A program made the position numbers and the translations under genes. Positions 41,981 through 51,300 of a stretch of 64,000 nucleotides of DNA are shown here, piece by piece (the first letter of the stretch is position 1; every line of letters begins with the position of its first letter). The notes under the pieces are model-generated. The model had not been told where the DNA came from, made no database searches, and worked only from the letters and a program-made list of their open reading frames with translations. Source of the DNA: Salinispira sp. (lineage in GTDB: Bacteria > Spirochaetota > Spirochaetia > DSM-27196 > Salinispiraceae); NCBI GenBank assembly GCA_965602015.1, contig OZ271918.1, positions 1,216,001 to 1,280,000 on the forward strand. The letters are read 5' to 3'.

Positions 41981-43573
41981 TCAGGAATCTATTGAGAACA
42001 GTTCAACCTTTTGGCTGACCCCTTTGAGGGAATGTCCACCGATGGAAATAAGGGTGCGCTCTCCCGCGTATCGCCGGGCGGTTTCGGGCCCCAGAATAAC
42101 GTATCTCCCCAGTTCTTTTCCCGCGGCCTCCATTCTCTGGGCCAGGTTTACCGCATCACCAATAACCGTGTACTCCCGCCGGTCCGCTGAACCGATGCTG
42201 CCGGCCAGCACATCACCGCTGTTCACCCCGATTCGTGTCTCAAGGCGAACCCCGGCGAAATCCCGGGTACTGGCAATTTTGCTGATTTCCCATGCGGCGT
42301 CCACCGCCCGGCTCGGGTGAAGGGGGTCATCGAGGGGAGCTCCGAACACCGCCATGACCGCGTCGCCGATGTACTTGTTTACGCTTCCCCCGTGCCTGGC
42401 GATTACATCCACGATGGTTGAGAAGTATTCGTTGAGAATGGCAACTATGTTCTCCGGGGCACGCCCCTCGGAGAGCCGGGTATACCCGGCGATGTCGGTG
42501 AACATGACGGTGACGTTTCGAATGCTTCCCGTCTCCGCCGCGTCCTGTTGGCGCATCAGCAGCTCGGCGACATCCGGTGAAACATACCTGCCGAAAAGGC
42601 GGCTAATTTGATCCTTTTCTGCCAAGCCCCGGCTCATGGAGTTCATGGCCCGGCTAAGCAGCCCCAGTTCATCGGCGGTGCGGATGGGAATGCGGTGCTG
42701 GTATTCCCCCTGCTCGATCTTTCCGGCGGCAACTTCCATGGACCGCAGAGGGAAAACCAGGCCACCGTGAAACAACAGGCCGATGATCACCGAAGCCAAA
42801 AAGAGTATGGCGCCGAGAATGAGATACCCGGTCACCGGCGCGGCAATGCCGGCTTCGGTGAGTTTGATGCTGTGTATGTAGAGGGTATAGGTATAAAAGT
42901 AGATACTGAATCCCGCGGTTCCTGCAAGCAGAATAAAAATCCGGCTCTTGAGGGAGAGCGAAAAGATCCTGGCCTCCCTGTGAATGTCGGGTTCAGGGCC
43001 GGCAAGTGCGGGAACAAGATAGCTGCGGTTGAGATAGTCCATTATATAAAAGCCGAGAATATTGAGGAAAAAAGCGATAAACAGGGTAAAGCCCAGGGAA
43101 ATAAAAAAATCCGATGCGCTATAGGTCAAACCGAGGTAGGCAAAGGCATATATGTTTACCAAAAAAGCCACGAACCAGCCGAGGGTGATAAATATGGAGA
43201 CAAAAAAGGGGGAGTCGAAAAGGTAGAAATTCCGCCGTTCTTCGCTGGTGTTTTTTATCACATACATCATTCGCAATACAAAAATAACGATTAATGGGAG
43301 GGTAACCGCGAAGGGAATAATCCGGGTAAGGGTAACCGGATCGATTCCGTGTACCAAAAGGTTTTCGCCGGTTTCGATCATGGAGTACAGCGGGTCGACC
43401 TGCCCGAACCACAGGGCGTCGGCCACCGGGCTGATTAAAAAAAACGCCACGGGGTTTAGTCCCGAGGGCACCAGAAAGTAAATAAGCCACAAAAGGGCTA
43501 TACGCTGGTTCCACCCTCGTCCATTTATCTTGTCCAAACTGGATTTGTCATGTGCGCTCATACGTGTACTCAC
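41981..43573 (-). CDS. Membrane adenylate cyclase (class III) with HAMP domain
   Basis: FTDIAGYT, NKYIGDAVMAVFG, YTVIGDAVNLAQRME. Confidence 0.93.
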   Translation of the reverse strand: MSTRMSAHDKSSLDKINGRGWNQRIALLWLIYFLVPSGLNPVAFFLISPVADALWFGQVDPLYSMIETGENLLVHGIDPVTLTRIIPFAVTLPLIVIFVLRMMYVIKNTSEERRNFYLFDSPFFVSIFITLGWFVAFLVNIYAFAYLGLTYSASDFFISLGFTLFIAFFLNILGFYIMDYLNRSYLVPALAGPEPDIHREARIFSLSLKSRIFILLAGTAGFSIYFYTYTLYIHSIKLTEAGIAAPVTGYLILGAILFLASVIIGLLFHGGLVFPLRSMEVAAGKIEQGEYQHRIPIRTADELGLLSRAMNSMSRGLAEKDQISRLFGRYVSPDVAELLMRQQDAAETGSIRNVTVMFTDIAGYTRLSEGRAPENIVAILNEYFSTIVDVIARHGGSVNKYIGDAVMAVFGAPLDDPLHPSRAVDAAWEISKIASTRDFAGVRLETRIGVNSGDVLAGSIGSADRREYTVIGDAVNLAQRMEAAGKELGRYVILGPETARRYAGERTLISIGGHSLKGVSQKVELFSIDS

Positions 43574-44898
43574 TTGTCCGTGGGATTAGCTCCTTCCACG
43601 CCCGGCACCCCAGGGTGGTTTTTTATCGGCACTGTCATGCTAATCGTGAGACCGCGGGGGAGGCGGGGCTCTGCGCTTATTGTGCCGGATAACTCATAGG
43701 AGACAATATTAAACACATTGTACAATCCGACGCCGAAGTGTCCAAGGTTCCGTTTTGTTGTGTAAAAGGGATCAAAAAAGTTGCGCACCGCCTCGGGGCT
43801 GATGAGCATTCCGTTATCATGATATTCAATCCTGAGGACTCCATCGGCCAGGGATACGTCGATTTCAATCTGATAGTCCTCTCTCCCCGCGGTAAAGCCG
43901 TATTCGAATGAATTGATCATCAGGCACTCGAAAATCTCTGTCCAGAGGGAAGCCGCCGAATGAATGGTAATGGTATCAGGTAGGCGCAAGGCCACCGGTT
44001 GGTCATTGAACTGCGATCTGATTTGGATAAATACCGTTTCTATCAGTGCGTTAAGATTCAAGTCACCGCTGGTAGGTACGCTTTCAGAGCGGGTTGCGGT
44101 TTTTAATGCATTGACCAACCGTTCAGTTCTCCCGATGCTCGATAGTATGAGGTCGGTATTATCCTTCATGCGCCCCAGCGCGGCATAAAACTTTTCCTGT
44201 GTCAGTTCTTTGGAGGCGATGGCGTCATGCAGCCCATCGATGAGGTTGAGAATGGTCGTCGCCAGGGTGATTTGGTTTCCCAGAGGCGTGTTAATTTCAT
44301 GGGCGACGGTGGAAATCATTTTCCCCAGGGATGCGAGCCGTTGAGTTGCCATGAGTTTGCGTTCGGCCTCATGCAGGTCAGCGAAGCTCCGCTCCAATTC
44401 TTCAGTCCTCCGCCGCACCTTCTGCTCAAGCTCCCGGTTGAGCTCAGTTATTTCCCGCTCAATGGCAACCCGGTGGGTAATATCCCGCAACATCAACACA
44501 AAAAACCGCCGCCTATCAAGGGTAATCTCGGTCAGACGATATTCAATCGTGCTTTCTGAATCCCCGGGGCTGATAACGTGAAATTCCTTTTGTTCTTTTT
44601 TGAGGGGAAAAACCAGCTCGGGAAACAGGTCAGCAAATGGCTTTCCCATCATGGCAGGCTCTGCAGCAGGATAATACCGGCTAACCCGGGCATTGATGTA
44701 GGTGAGAATATAGTCGGCATCAAAAATACAGATTCCTTCGGGGATTCGATCGATGATCTTTTGAAACTGCAGCAGCTCCATGTTCGTTTTGCGCAGGCTG
44801 GGGTAGTAATTTTTCCGTATGCTCGATTCACCGAGACCCATTATTTTGGACAGGTCGCGGTTCACGGGGTCCGGATTATCGGCTGAAGGCGATTTCAT
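43570..44898 (-). CDS. PAS sensor histidine kinase, ErcS-like N-terminus
   Basis: MGLGESSIRKNYYP, PAS, AHEINTPLG, DNG, FDPFYTTK, GVGL. Confidence 0.9.
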   Translation of the reverse strand: MKSPSADNPDPVNRDLSKIMGLGESSIRKNYYPSLRKTNMELLQFQKIIDRIPEGICIFDADYILTYINARVSRYYPAAEPAMMGKPFADLFPELVFPLKKEQKEFHVISPGDSESTIEYRLTEITLDRRRFFVLMLRDITHRVAIEREITELNRELEQKVRRRTEELERSFADLHEAERKLMATQRLASLGKMISTVAHEINTPLGNQITLATTILNLIDGLHDAIASKELTQEKFYAALGRMKDNTDLILSSIGRTERLVNALKTATRSESVPTSGDLNLNALIETVFIQIRSQFNDQPVALRLPDTITIHSAASLWTEIFECLMINSFEYGFTAGREDYQIEIDVSLADGVLRIEYHDNGMLISPEAVRNFFDPFYTTKRNLGHFGVGLYNVFNIVSYELSGTISAEPRLPRGLTISMTVPIKNHPGVPGVEGANPTDK

Positions 44899-46000
44899 AC
44901 AGCTCCCGGATTTCTTCAGATCCCGGTTCTCGGGGATTGGTAATGGTACAGGCGTCATTGAGGGCATTTTCGCTCAAAATCCCAAGCTCTGCTTCGGAGA
45001 GGGAAATATCCTGAGGGGGGACATGGTCCCTCAGGTTATCAATAAAATTGCTCAAGCCCTCAATGAACCCGAGGTCGCCGAACAGGCTGCCGATCTTTTC
45101 ATAGCGCTCGCTGCAGTGCGGATAATTGTATCTGCACACCGCCAAAAGCAGGGCCTCATTGCATTCGCCGTGGGGGTGATTGAGCAAACCGCCCAGGGCA
45201 TGGGCCATGGAGTGAACGAGTCCTAAACTGGCGTTGGAAAACGCAAGGCCGGCGTGCAATGAGGCATTCATCAGTTCATAGCGATGAGAGGTATCGGAAA
45301 TATGGGCTATTGCCATTGGCAGTTTTTCAGCAACTATCCTAATTGACTCCAGAGCATGAATGTCGGTAATGGGTGAGCTCGCCTTTGATACGTAGGCTTC
45401 GATACTGTGAGTCAGGGTATCCATAGAAATGGCGTACAACTGACGCGTGCTCAAACTGTCCAGGGTCTTTGGATCGACCAGGGCGACATCGGGAACCGCC
45501 GCCTTGGAGACAATGGCGATTTTCCTCCGCTCATTCTCATCGGTAATAATCGCGAATTGGCTCACGTCCGCCGAGCTGCCGCAGGTGGTGGGAATGCACA
45601 CCAGGGGGGGCATGGGCGCGTCTATTTTGTCTATGCCCTCATAGTCCAAAATATGTCCGCCGTTACTGGCGATAATGCCGATGCCCTTGGCAGCGTCGAT
45701 TACCGACCCTCCGCCGATGGCCACAATGATATCCGAGTCCGACCTGCGATATGCCTCGACCCCTGCGTGAACCTGCCCGGTTGTGGGGTTCGGCAGCACC
45801 CGGGAGTACACTGCCACCTGCAATCCGCTAGCGGTCAATAGTTCTTCTATTTCTCCGGCCCAACCGAGTTTGAGAAGCTGTTCATCGGTTACCAAGAGTA
45901 CCCGCTCGCCGCCGAGGTTTGATGCATAGCGCCCCGCCAGGAGCCTGGAATCGATGCCGCTGACGATCTCGGGCGCAAGGAATTTTCTCATATCATGCAT
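44876..46000 (-). CDS. ercA: Iron-containing alcohol dehydrogenase-like regulatory protein, ErcA type
   Basis: MRKFLAPEIV, GGGSVIDAAKGIGI, PTTCGSSADVSQF, HSMAHALGG, PHGECN; overlaps the kinase gene. Confidence 0.8.
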   Translation of the reverse strand: MHDMRKFLAPEIVSGIDSRLLAGRYASNLGGERVLLVTDEQLLKLGWAGEIEELLTASGLQVAVYSRVLPNPTTGQVHAGVEAYRRSDSDIIVAIGGGSVIDAAKGIGIIASNGGHILDYEGIDKIDAPMPPLVCIPTTCGSSADVSQFAIITDENERRKIAIVSKAAVPDVALVDPKTLDSLSTRQLYAISMDTLTHSIEAYVSKASSPITDIHALESIRIVAEKLPMAIAHISDTSHRYELMNASLHAGLAFSNASLGLVHSMAHALGGLLNHPHGECNEALLLAVCRYNYPHCSERYEKIGSLFGDLGFIEGLSNFIDNLRDHVPPQDISLSEAELGILSENALNDACTITNPREPGSEEIRELYEIAFSR

Positions 46001-46149
46001 ACACGCATCACCCTCGTTCAAACCGATAGGTAACCAATGTGGGTTGCCCTTTTCATGGCTGTTTGTGAAAACCGGTACTGTTATAAGTATATGCAATTCC
46101 ATCAGGTTTGCGAGTCAAATGCCCGAAGCATTTTTATCTGCCGGGTATT

Positions 46150-46214
46150 GCCGCCTGTTTTTGCCGCCGGGTTTAGCCGCCGGGTTTAGCCGCCGGGTTT
46201 AGCCGCCCGGTTTT
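46150..46214. repeat. 13-bp tandem repeat, 5 copies (3 perfect)
   Basis: GCCGCCGGGTTTA x3 flanked by GCCGCCTGTTTTT and GCCGCCCGGTTTT. Confidence 0.9.
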
Positions 46215-46224
46215 GCCATCAGGC

Positions 46225-48112
46225 TCAGCTGTCAAGTTGGCCACCCGTCTCGTCTGACGACGGATCAGCCTCATCCTCCAGGATGAAGCTGTCCAACTCC
46301 CTATCGAGCTGATCGCCGATTTACATGAGGCCTTTTGAAAGGTTTTCCAGCTGGGACATGGATTCGCGGATGCTCTTCATGCCGGAAGATATCTCTTCAA
46401 TTGAGCCCCTGGTCTCGGCAGAAAGCCGGGCTGAGGTGGTCATTGATTCGGCGATTCCCGAAACGGAATTCTTCATTTTGTCGGCCGATGACTCTACCAG
46501 ACCGGCGAAATCGCTTAAGCCACCTACCGATGTCAAAACTTGCCGGGTTACCCCTGAAAGGTCCATGCCGGCTTCCCGAATTGCCTTGAAGGCCGATTGC
46601 ACCTGGGAGACTACCGCCAGGATGCCGACGAAGGCTTCGCGGGTGTGGGCGCTGGACTCCCTGGTTCCCTCTATCTTGACCTTGATGCTCTTCAGGCGCT
46701 GGGAGATCCTCTTTGAACTGCCAGATGACGCCTCTGCAAGTTTTCGGATTTCATCGGCGACTACGCTGAATCCCCGCCCGGCTTCACCGGCGTGGGCTGC
46801 CTCGATGGCGGCGTTCATCGCCAACAGGTTCGTCTGATTGGCCAGTCCCTGAATAAATGCCGCCATCTCATTGATATCATCAAGAACCTCGCTGATGCCC
46901 TCTATTTCCGTCATGGTTACGGAAAAACGGCCTTCGCCTTCAGCTGTTTTTTCTGCCAGGTTTGCGGTGATTTTAGTGCTCGAATCGGTCAGCTCAGTCA
47001 CTTCGGATATCCGGTCTACCATGGCTTTGCGGCATCGACGGCGCCATTCGCGCTTGCGCTCTGCCGGGTCAGTTCATCACCGAGGCTGTTGAGTTCACGG
47101 GCAACAGTGCTTGTGGTTTCCGCGGTTTGACTGATATGCGTATCCATCTGGATGATCTTTTGAACCATCGATTGGCTGTTCGCTGCAATTTCTACGCTGG
47201 CGCTGCTGGTATCCGAAACCGCAGAACCCAAATCTTCCCGCAACAGGTGGCTTGAGTTTCTCGTATCTGCAATGTTCCTAAAACTGCCCGCAAGGGACCG
47301 GGTAAAGGTATCGAGCTGGGCTGACAGCCTGCCGATTTCGTCTGTGCCCTCCTGAGGAAATCGGACGCGCAGATCATTTGTCGACAGGGTGTGAATGCCG
47401 CCCAGCAGCTGAAAATCTGAGCGCTGAGCCGTCGGATTGTGAACCCGATAATGATTACCGTAAGGAGGATCATCACATTCACCACGCCGATGGATATCAG
47501 ATTGCTTCTGCGGGAAATGTTCTCGACCCGGTCTTGAATAATGCGCCGCTGATTCCCGAGGTTGTTCAACGAGGTCACGAGGATGTCGTCGAGAGTTATG
47601 CTCGAGCGTTGAAACTGGGCGACGGCGAACAGGAAGGGGTTGAACGCCGGATTGTCTCGAAGGACGAGACTGGTGTATCCCAAATACAGGCTGTCGAACT
47701 GCCGTCCGCCGGGCAAATCACTAAAGCGAGTGACGACTTCATTGTACGAAGCCTCGAATCGGGGATAGGTCGAGTCAAGAAGATTGGCCAGGTTTTGGAT
47801 ATTGCCCAAGGCCTCTTCAATGTTTTGGTCAAGGCCCGGCAGGATGCGCAGATTTTGAAGCTCTGCGAATCCCGCATCGAGGTCTTCTTTTGCGGCGATG
47901 AGATTCGGCTGTCCTTCATCGATTGGGCGGTAATCGAGGCTGGAGGCGCTTGCCCGCATGAGCGCCAGGGACTACTCCAGCTCCGAGAGAAGCGCAGCTT
48001 CGGTTTCAATGCGGGCAAGGCGGTTTTGGGTCAGGAGCAAGAGGCCAACGGAAAAGATCTGGGAGATAATAAAAATGACGGTTATGCTATACAGCCTGGC
48101 CTTGAAACTCAT
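46225..48112 (-). pseudogene. Methyl-accepting chemotaxis protein pseudogene
   Basis: TM-periplasmic-TM-HAMP-MCP signal ([34 protein letters not shown]) split over several frames; in-frame TAG at 47972-47974. Confidence 0.85.
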
Positions 48113-48272
48113 CGGCTCTCCTCGTTTAGGGGCTCTGTTTCACATTATCCGTGTCGCCATACTTGTTCCGGAATGGAAGGTCAGCAAAGATTTCACTCAC
48201 AAAGTAAAATTTAGTCTGTTTCCATCGGTTTTACAAATTTGATGCGGGTCACAATCTTTGTATGACGGCGGG

Positions 48273-48426
48273 TTTACCGCGGATTTGCTGTCATTGGTTT
48301 TGGCTTGATGAAGCACTTCCGGAGGTATGGCTGATGCTATTGACTGCATCGCGCGGATGTTCGCGGAAGGGCAGGAGCAGCATTATTTAATACATCCGCG
48401 TTCATCCGCGAGAACCCGCGGCGAGA
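48273..48426. repeat. Palindromic 10-bp-periodic element, copy E1
   Basis: TTTACCGCGGAT ... CGCGCGGATGTTCGCGGA ... ATCCGCGTTC ATCCGCGAGA ACCCGCGGCG. Confidence 0.8.
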
Positions 48427-48428
48427 TT

Positions 48429-48953
48429 TCAAAGAAAGTTATAGAGCGTCGCGATGGTGACGATGGTGGTAAAGCCCAGCCCGAACATCCACATCAGCTG
48501 GTTAAAGCGTTTGTCGGTAGAACTTTGGTTCTCCTCGAAGCGCTTGTCTACAGCCTCGAAGCGTTTGTCTACAGCCTCGAAGCGCTTGTCTACAGCCTCG
48601 AAGCGCTTGTCTACAGCCTCGAAGCGCTTGTCCAAATACTGGATAAGGTCATCGAAGCGTTTATCACTGGCTTCAAAGCGTTTGTCCATGTGGTGAAGTG
48701 TTTGGTCGAAGCGCCGGTCCATTTCTTCAAAACGCAATGAATGTTCGCGCAACTGGCTCTTTATTTCGTTGGACTCGGCAAGCAATTCCTGGTGGCGTTT
48801 GTCCAGGATTTCCTGTCGGCGCTGGGCTTCTTCTTTTTTCTCCATGGCATTGGTGAGAAGGACGAAGCCCTGGTGGAGGCTGTCCCGGTCACCTGTGGAG
48901 CGCCAGTTTTCGAGTTGGTTTTCTACGATTGGAAGGATATCCGACATTTCCAT
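48429..48953 (-). CDS. Heptad-repeat coiled-coil protein with C-terminal membrane anchor (Bdr/DUF1640-like), paralog 1
   Basis: DKRFEAV x4 (21-bp DNA repeat), ends LMWMFGLGFTTIVTIATLYNFL. Confidence 0.85.
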   Translation of the reverse strand: MEMSDILPIVENQLENWRSTGDRDSLHQGFVLLTNAMEKKEEAQRRQEILDKRHQELLAESNEIKSQLREHSLRFEEMDRRFDQTLHHMDKRFEASDKRFDDLIQYLDKRFEAVDKRFEAVDKRFEAVDKRFEAVDKRFEENQSSTDKRFNQLMWMFGLGFTTIVTIATLYNFL

Positions 48954-48954
48954 C

Positions 48955-48992
48955 TCCTTATAAAAATAGCCTGTTTGTACTGGTATTACAAG
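48955..48992 (-). promoter_or_regulatory. Putative sigma70 promoter and RBS repeated in front of each paralog
   Basis: TTGTAA-17 bp-TATTTT then AGGAG; near-identical blocks at about 49686-49722 and 50394-50430. Confidence 0.55.
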
Positions 48993-49029
48993 ATTTTGCA
49001 GGCTGGTGCTTCGAAAGGAAGGAGGTTGG

Positions 49030-49220
49030 TTTACCGCGGATCGGTCTCGGGTGGTGTCGACCCGGGCATGGTTCTGCCGGTGGCCTCGGGAGGATTGCGT
49101 GCTGCATTGCGCGGATGTTCGCGGAGAGGCTAGGAATAACTAATCCTTACATCCGTGTTCATCTGCGAAAATCCGCGGTGAACTCCATCCAATGGCATTA
49201 CAGGAAAATCCGCAGTTAAA
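49030..49220. repeat. Palindromic element, copy E2
   Basis: TTTACCGCGGAT 49030; right arm ATCCGTGTTC ATCTGCGAAA ATCCGCGGTGAA 49151-49182; extra ATCCGCAGTTAA. Confidence 0.85.
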
Positions 49221-49222
49221 TA

Positions 49223-49684
49223 TCAAAGAAAATTATAGAGCGTCGCGATGGTGACGATTGTGGTAAAGCCCATGCCAAACATCCACATGAGCTGGTTGAA
49301 TCTTTTGTCGGTAGAGCTTTGATTTTCCTCAAAGCGCTTGTCCATATGATGGATGAGGTCATCGAAACGTTTATCACTGGCTTCGAATCGTTTGTCCATG
49401 GCTTCGAAGCGCTTGTCCATGTGATGAAGGGTTTCGTCAAAACGCCGGTCCATCTCTTCGAAACGTATTGAGTGTTCGCGAAGCTGGCTTTTTATTTCGT
49501 TGGACTCGGCTAAGAGTTCCTGATGGCGCTTATCGAGGATTTCCTGTCTGCGCTGCGCTTCTTCTTTTTTCTCCATGGCATTGGTGAGAAGGACAAAGCC
49601 CTGGTGGAGGCTGTTCCGGTCGCCTGTGGATCGCCAGTTTTCGAGTTGGTTTTCTACGATTGGAAGGATATCGGACATTTCCAT
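49223..49684 (-). CDS. Heptad-repeat membrane-anchored protein, paralog 2
   Basis: Near-identical to paralog 1, 21 aa shorter. Confidence 0.85.
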   Translation of the reverse strand: MEMSDILPIVENQLENWRSTGDRNSLHQGFVLLTNAMEKKEEAQRRQEILDKRHQELLAESNEIKSQLREHSIRFEEMDRRFDETLHHMDKRFEAMDKRFEASDKRFDDLIHHMDKRFEENQSSTDKRFNQLMWMFGMGFTTIVTIATLYNFL

Positions 49685-49759
49685 CTCCTTAATAAAATAG
49701 CCTGTTTGTACTGGTATTACAAGATTTTGCAGGCTGGTGCTTCGATTAGGAGGGGCGGG

Positions 49760-49950
49760 TTTACCGCGGATTTGCTGTCATTGGTTTTGGCTTGATGGGG
49801 GGCTTTCGGAGTTATTTGTGACGCCATTGGTTTATTCGCGCAGATGTTCGCGGAGAGGCTGGAAATAACTCATCCTTACATCCGTGTTCATCCGCGAAAA
49901 TCCGCGGTGAAATCCATCCAATGGCATTACAGGAAAATACGCGGTGAAAA
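49760..49950. repeat. Palindromic element, copy E3
   Basis: TTTACCGCGGAT 49760; right arm 49880-49911. Confidence 0.85.
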
Positions 49951-49951
49951 T

Positions 49952-50392
49952 TCAAAGAAAGTTATAGAGCGTCGCGATGGTGACGATGGTGGTAAAGCCC
50001 AGGCCAAACATCCACATCAGCTGAGTAAATCGTTTGTCTGTAGAATTTTTATTATCTTCGAGGCGCTTGTCCATATGATAGATGAGGTCGTCGAAGCGTT
50101 TATCACTGGCTTCGAATCGTTGGTCCATGTGGCGGAGGGTTTCGTCGAACCTCCGGTCCATTTCCTGAAAGCGCAATGAGTGTTCCCGCTGTTGGGCTTT
50201 TATTTCGTTGGATTCGGCTAAGAGTTCCTGATGGCGTTTGTCCAGGATTTCCTGTCGTCGCTGGGCTTCTTCCTTTTTCTCCATGGCATTGGTGAGAAGG
50301 ACAAAGCCCTGGTGAAGACTGTCTTCGTCGTCGGTGGCTTTCCAGCGTTTGAAGTTCTGTTCCACGATTGGAAGGATATCTGACATTTCCAT
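49952..50392 (-). CDS. Heptad-repeat membrane-anchored protein, paralog 3
   Basis: Same family, 28 aa shorter than paralog 1, divergent N-terminal helix. Confidence 0.85.
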   Translation of the reverse strand: MEMSDILPIVEQNFKRWKATDDEDSLHQGFVLLTNAMEKKEEAQRRQEILDKRHQELLAESNEIKAQQREHSLRFQEMDRRFDETLRHMDQRFEASDKRFDDLIYHMDKRLEDNKNSTDKRFTQLMWMFGLGFTTIVTIATLYNFL

Positions 50393-50467
50393 CTCCTAAT
50401 AAAAATAGCCTGTTTGCATTGGTATTACAAGATTTTCTAGGCTAGTGCTTCGAATTGAGGAGGTGGG

Positions 50468-50622
50468 TTTACCGCGGATCGGGCTCGGGTGGTGTCGATC
50501 CGGGCATGGTTCTGCCGGTGGCCGCGGGAGGATTATGTGCTGCATCGCGCGGATGTTCGCGGAGAGATAGGATTATATTTACTCATGACATCCGTGTGCA
50601 TCCGCGCGTATCCGCGGTAGAA
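50468..50622. repeat. Palindromic element, copy E4
   Basis: TTTACCGCGGAT 50468; right arm ATCCGTGTGC ATCCGCGCGT ATCCGCGGTAGA 50590-50621. Confidence 0.85.
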
Positions 50623-51039
50623 ATAATGTATGAAAGATTGCGAGAATCCGAGGGGAAATTTGTTAATGAATTAATTCAGGATTCCGATTTGTATATAATA
50701 ATTTTTGCAAGAATGTAAAGAAAATTATCCTCTCGCATACTATCGCTCCCAATCTTCCTACATCTGTTGAGTGGAATATACGGCTTTTCTCTGCCTGTTC
50801 TTGGCATGGATATTGTTAAGGATAAATAGGGATGAATGGCAGGCGACAGTGAGCGGGCTGTGAAAAGGTAGAGGGTTCACCGCGCCATAGGTAGTACCGC
50901 TGGCATTTGCGTTGTTATGTAACCACGGATCAGCGCGGAATGGATAGATGGTCGGCAGCGGAAGCTACATAGTTTTTTCGTGGTACCGGGAGGACATGTG
51001 ATTTCTCCACGAGGCGGATAAAAGGACGAGGAAAAAAAC

Positions 51040-51184
51040 ATCAGTGAAAATCCGCGGTAAAAACCATCCGCGCGAATCCGCGCATATCCGCGGTAAAAAA
51101 ACCATCTATAAATACCTGCGCTAATCCGCGAATATCCGTGGTAAAGGTCCCATCCGTGAGTATCCGCGCATATCCGCGGTAAAA
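51040..51184. repeat. Four stacked right arms of the palindromic element
   Basis: Units ending ATCCGYGGTAAA at about 51061, 51097, 51145 and 51183, each preceded by one or two ATCCGC-type boxes at 10-bp spacing. Confidence 0.85.
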
Positions 51185-51300
51185 TTATCTGTCATGATGA
51201 TATACGATACTTAAAACAAAGATAAATTATTGGAGATTATGGTAGCGGTGCTGCACCGCTCATGGTACACTGCTGACAGGTAAAAACAGGAGTTTCTTCA

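Noticed and set aside
41247..42320. 357-aa plus-strand ORF
   Set aside because: Antisense overlap of the oxidoreductase and cyclase genes.
48273..50622. Classical integron or second CRISPR array
   Set aside because: No tyrosine integrase in the window, no RYYYAAC/GTTRRRY attC ends, and no constant repeat-spacer period.
48327..50718. Plus-strand ORFs with LEALVYS or IRVHPRKSAV repeats
   Set aside because: Antisense of the heptad genes or read-through of the palindromic elements.
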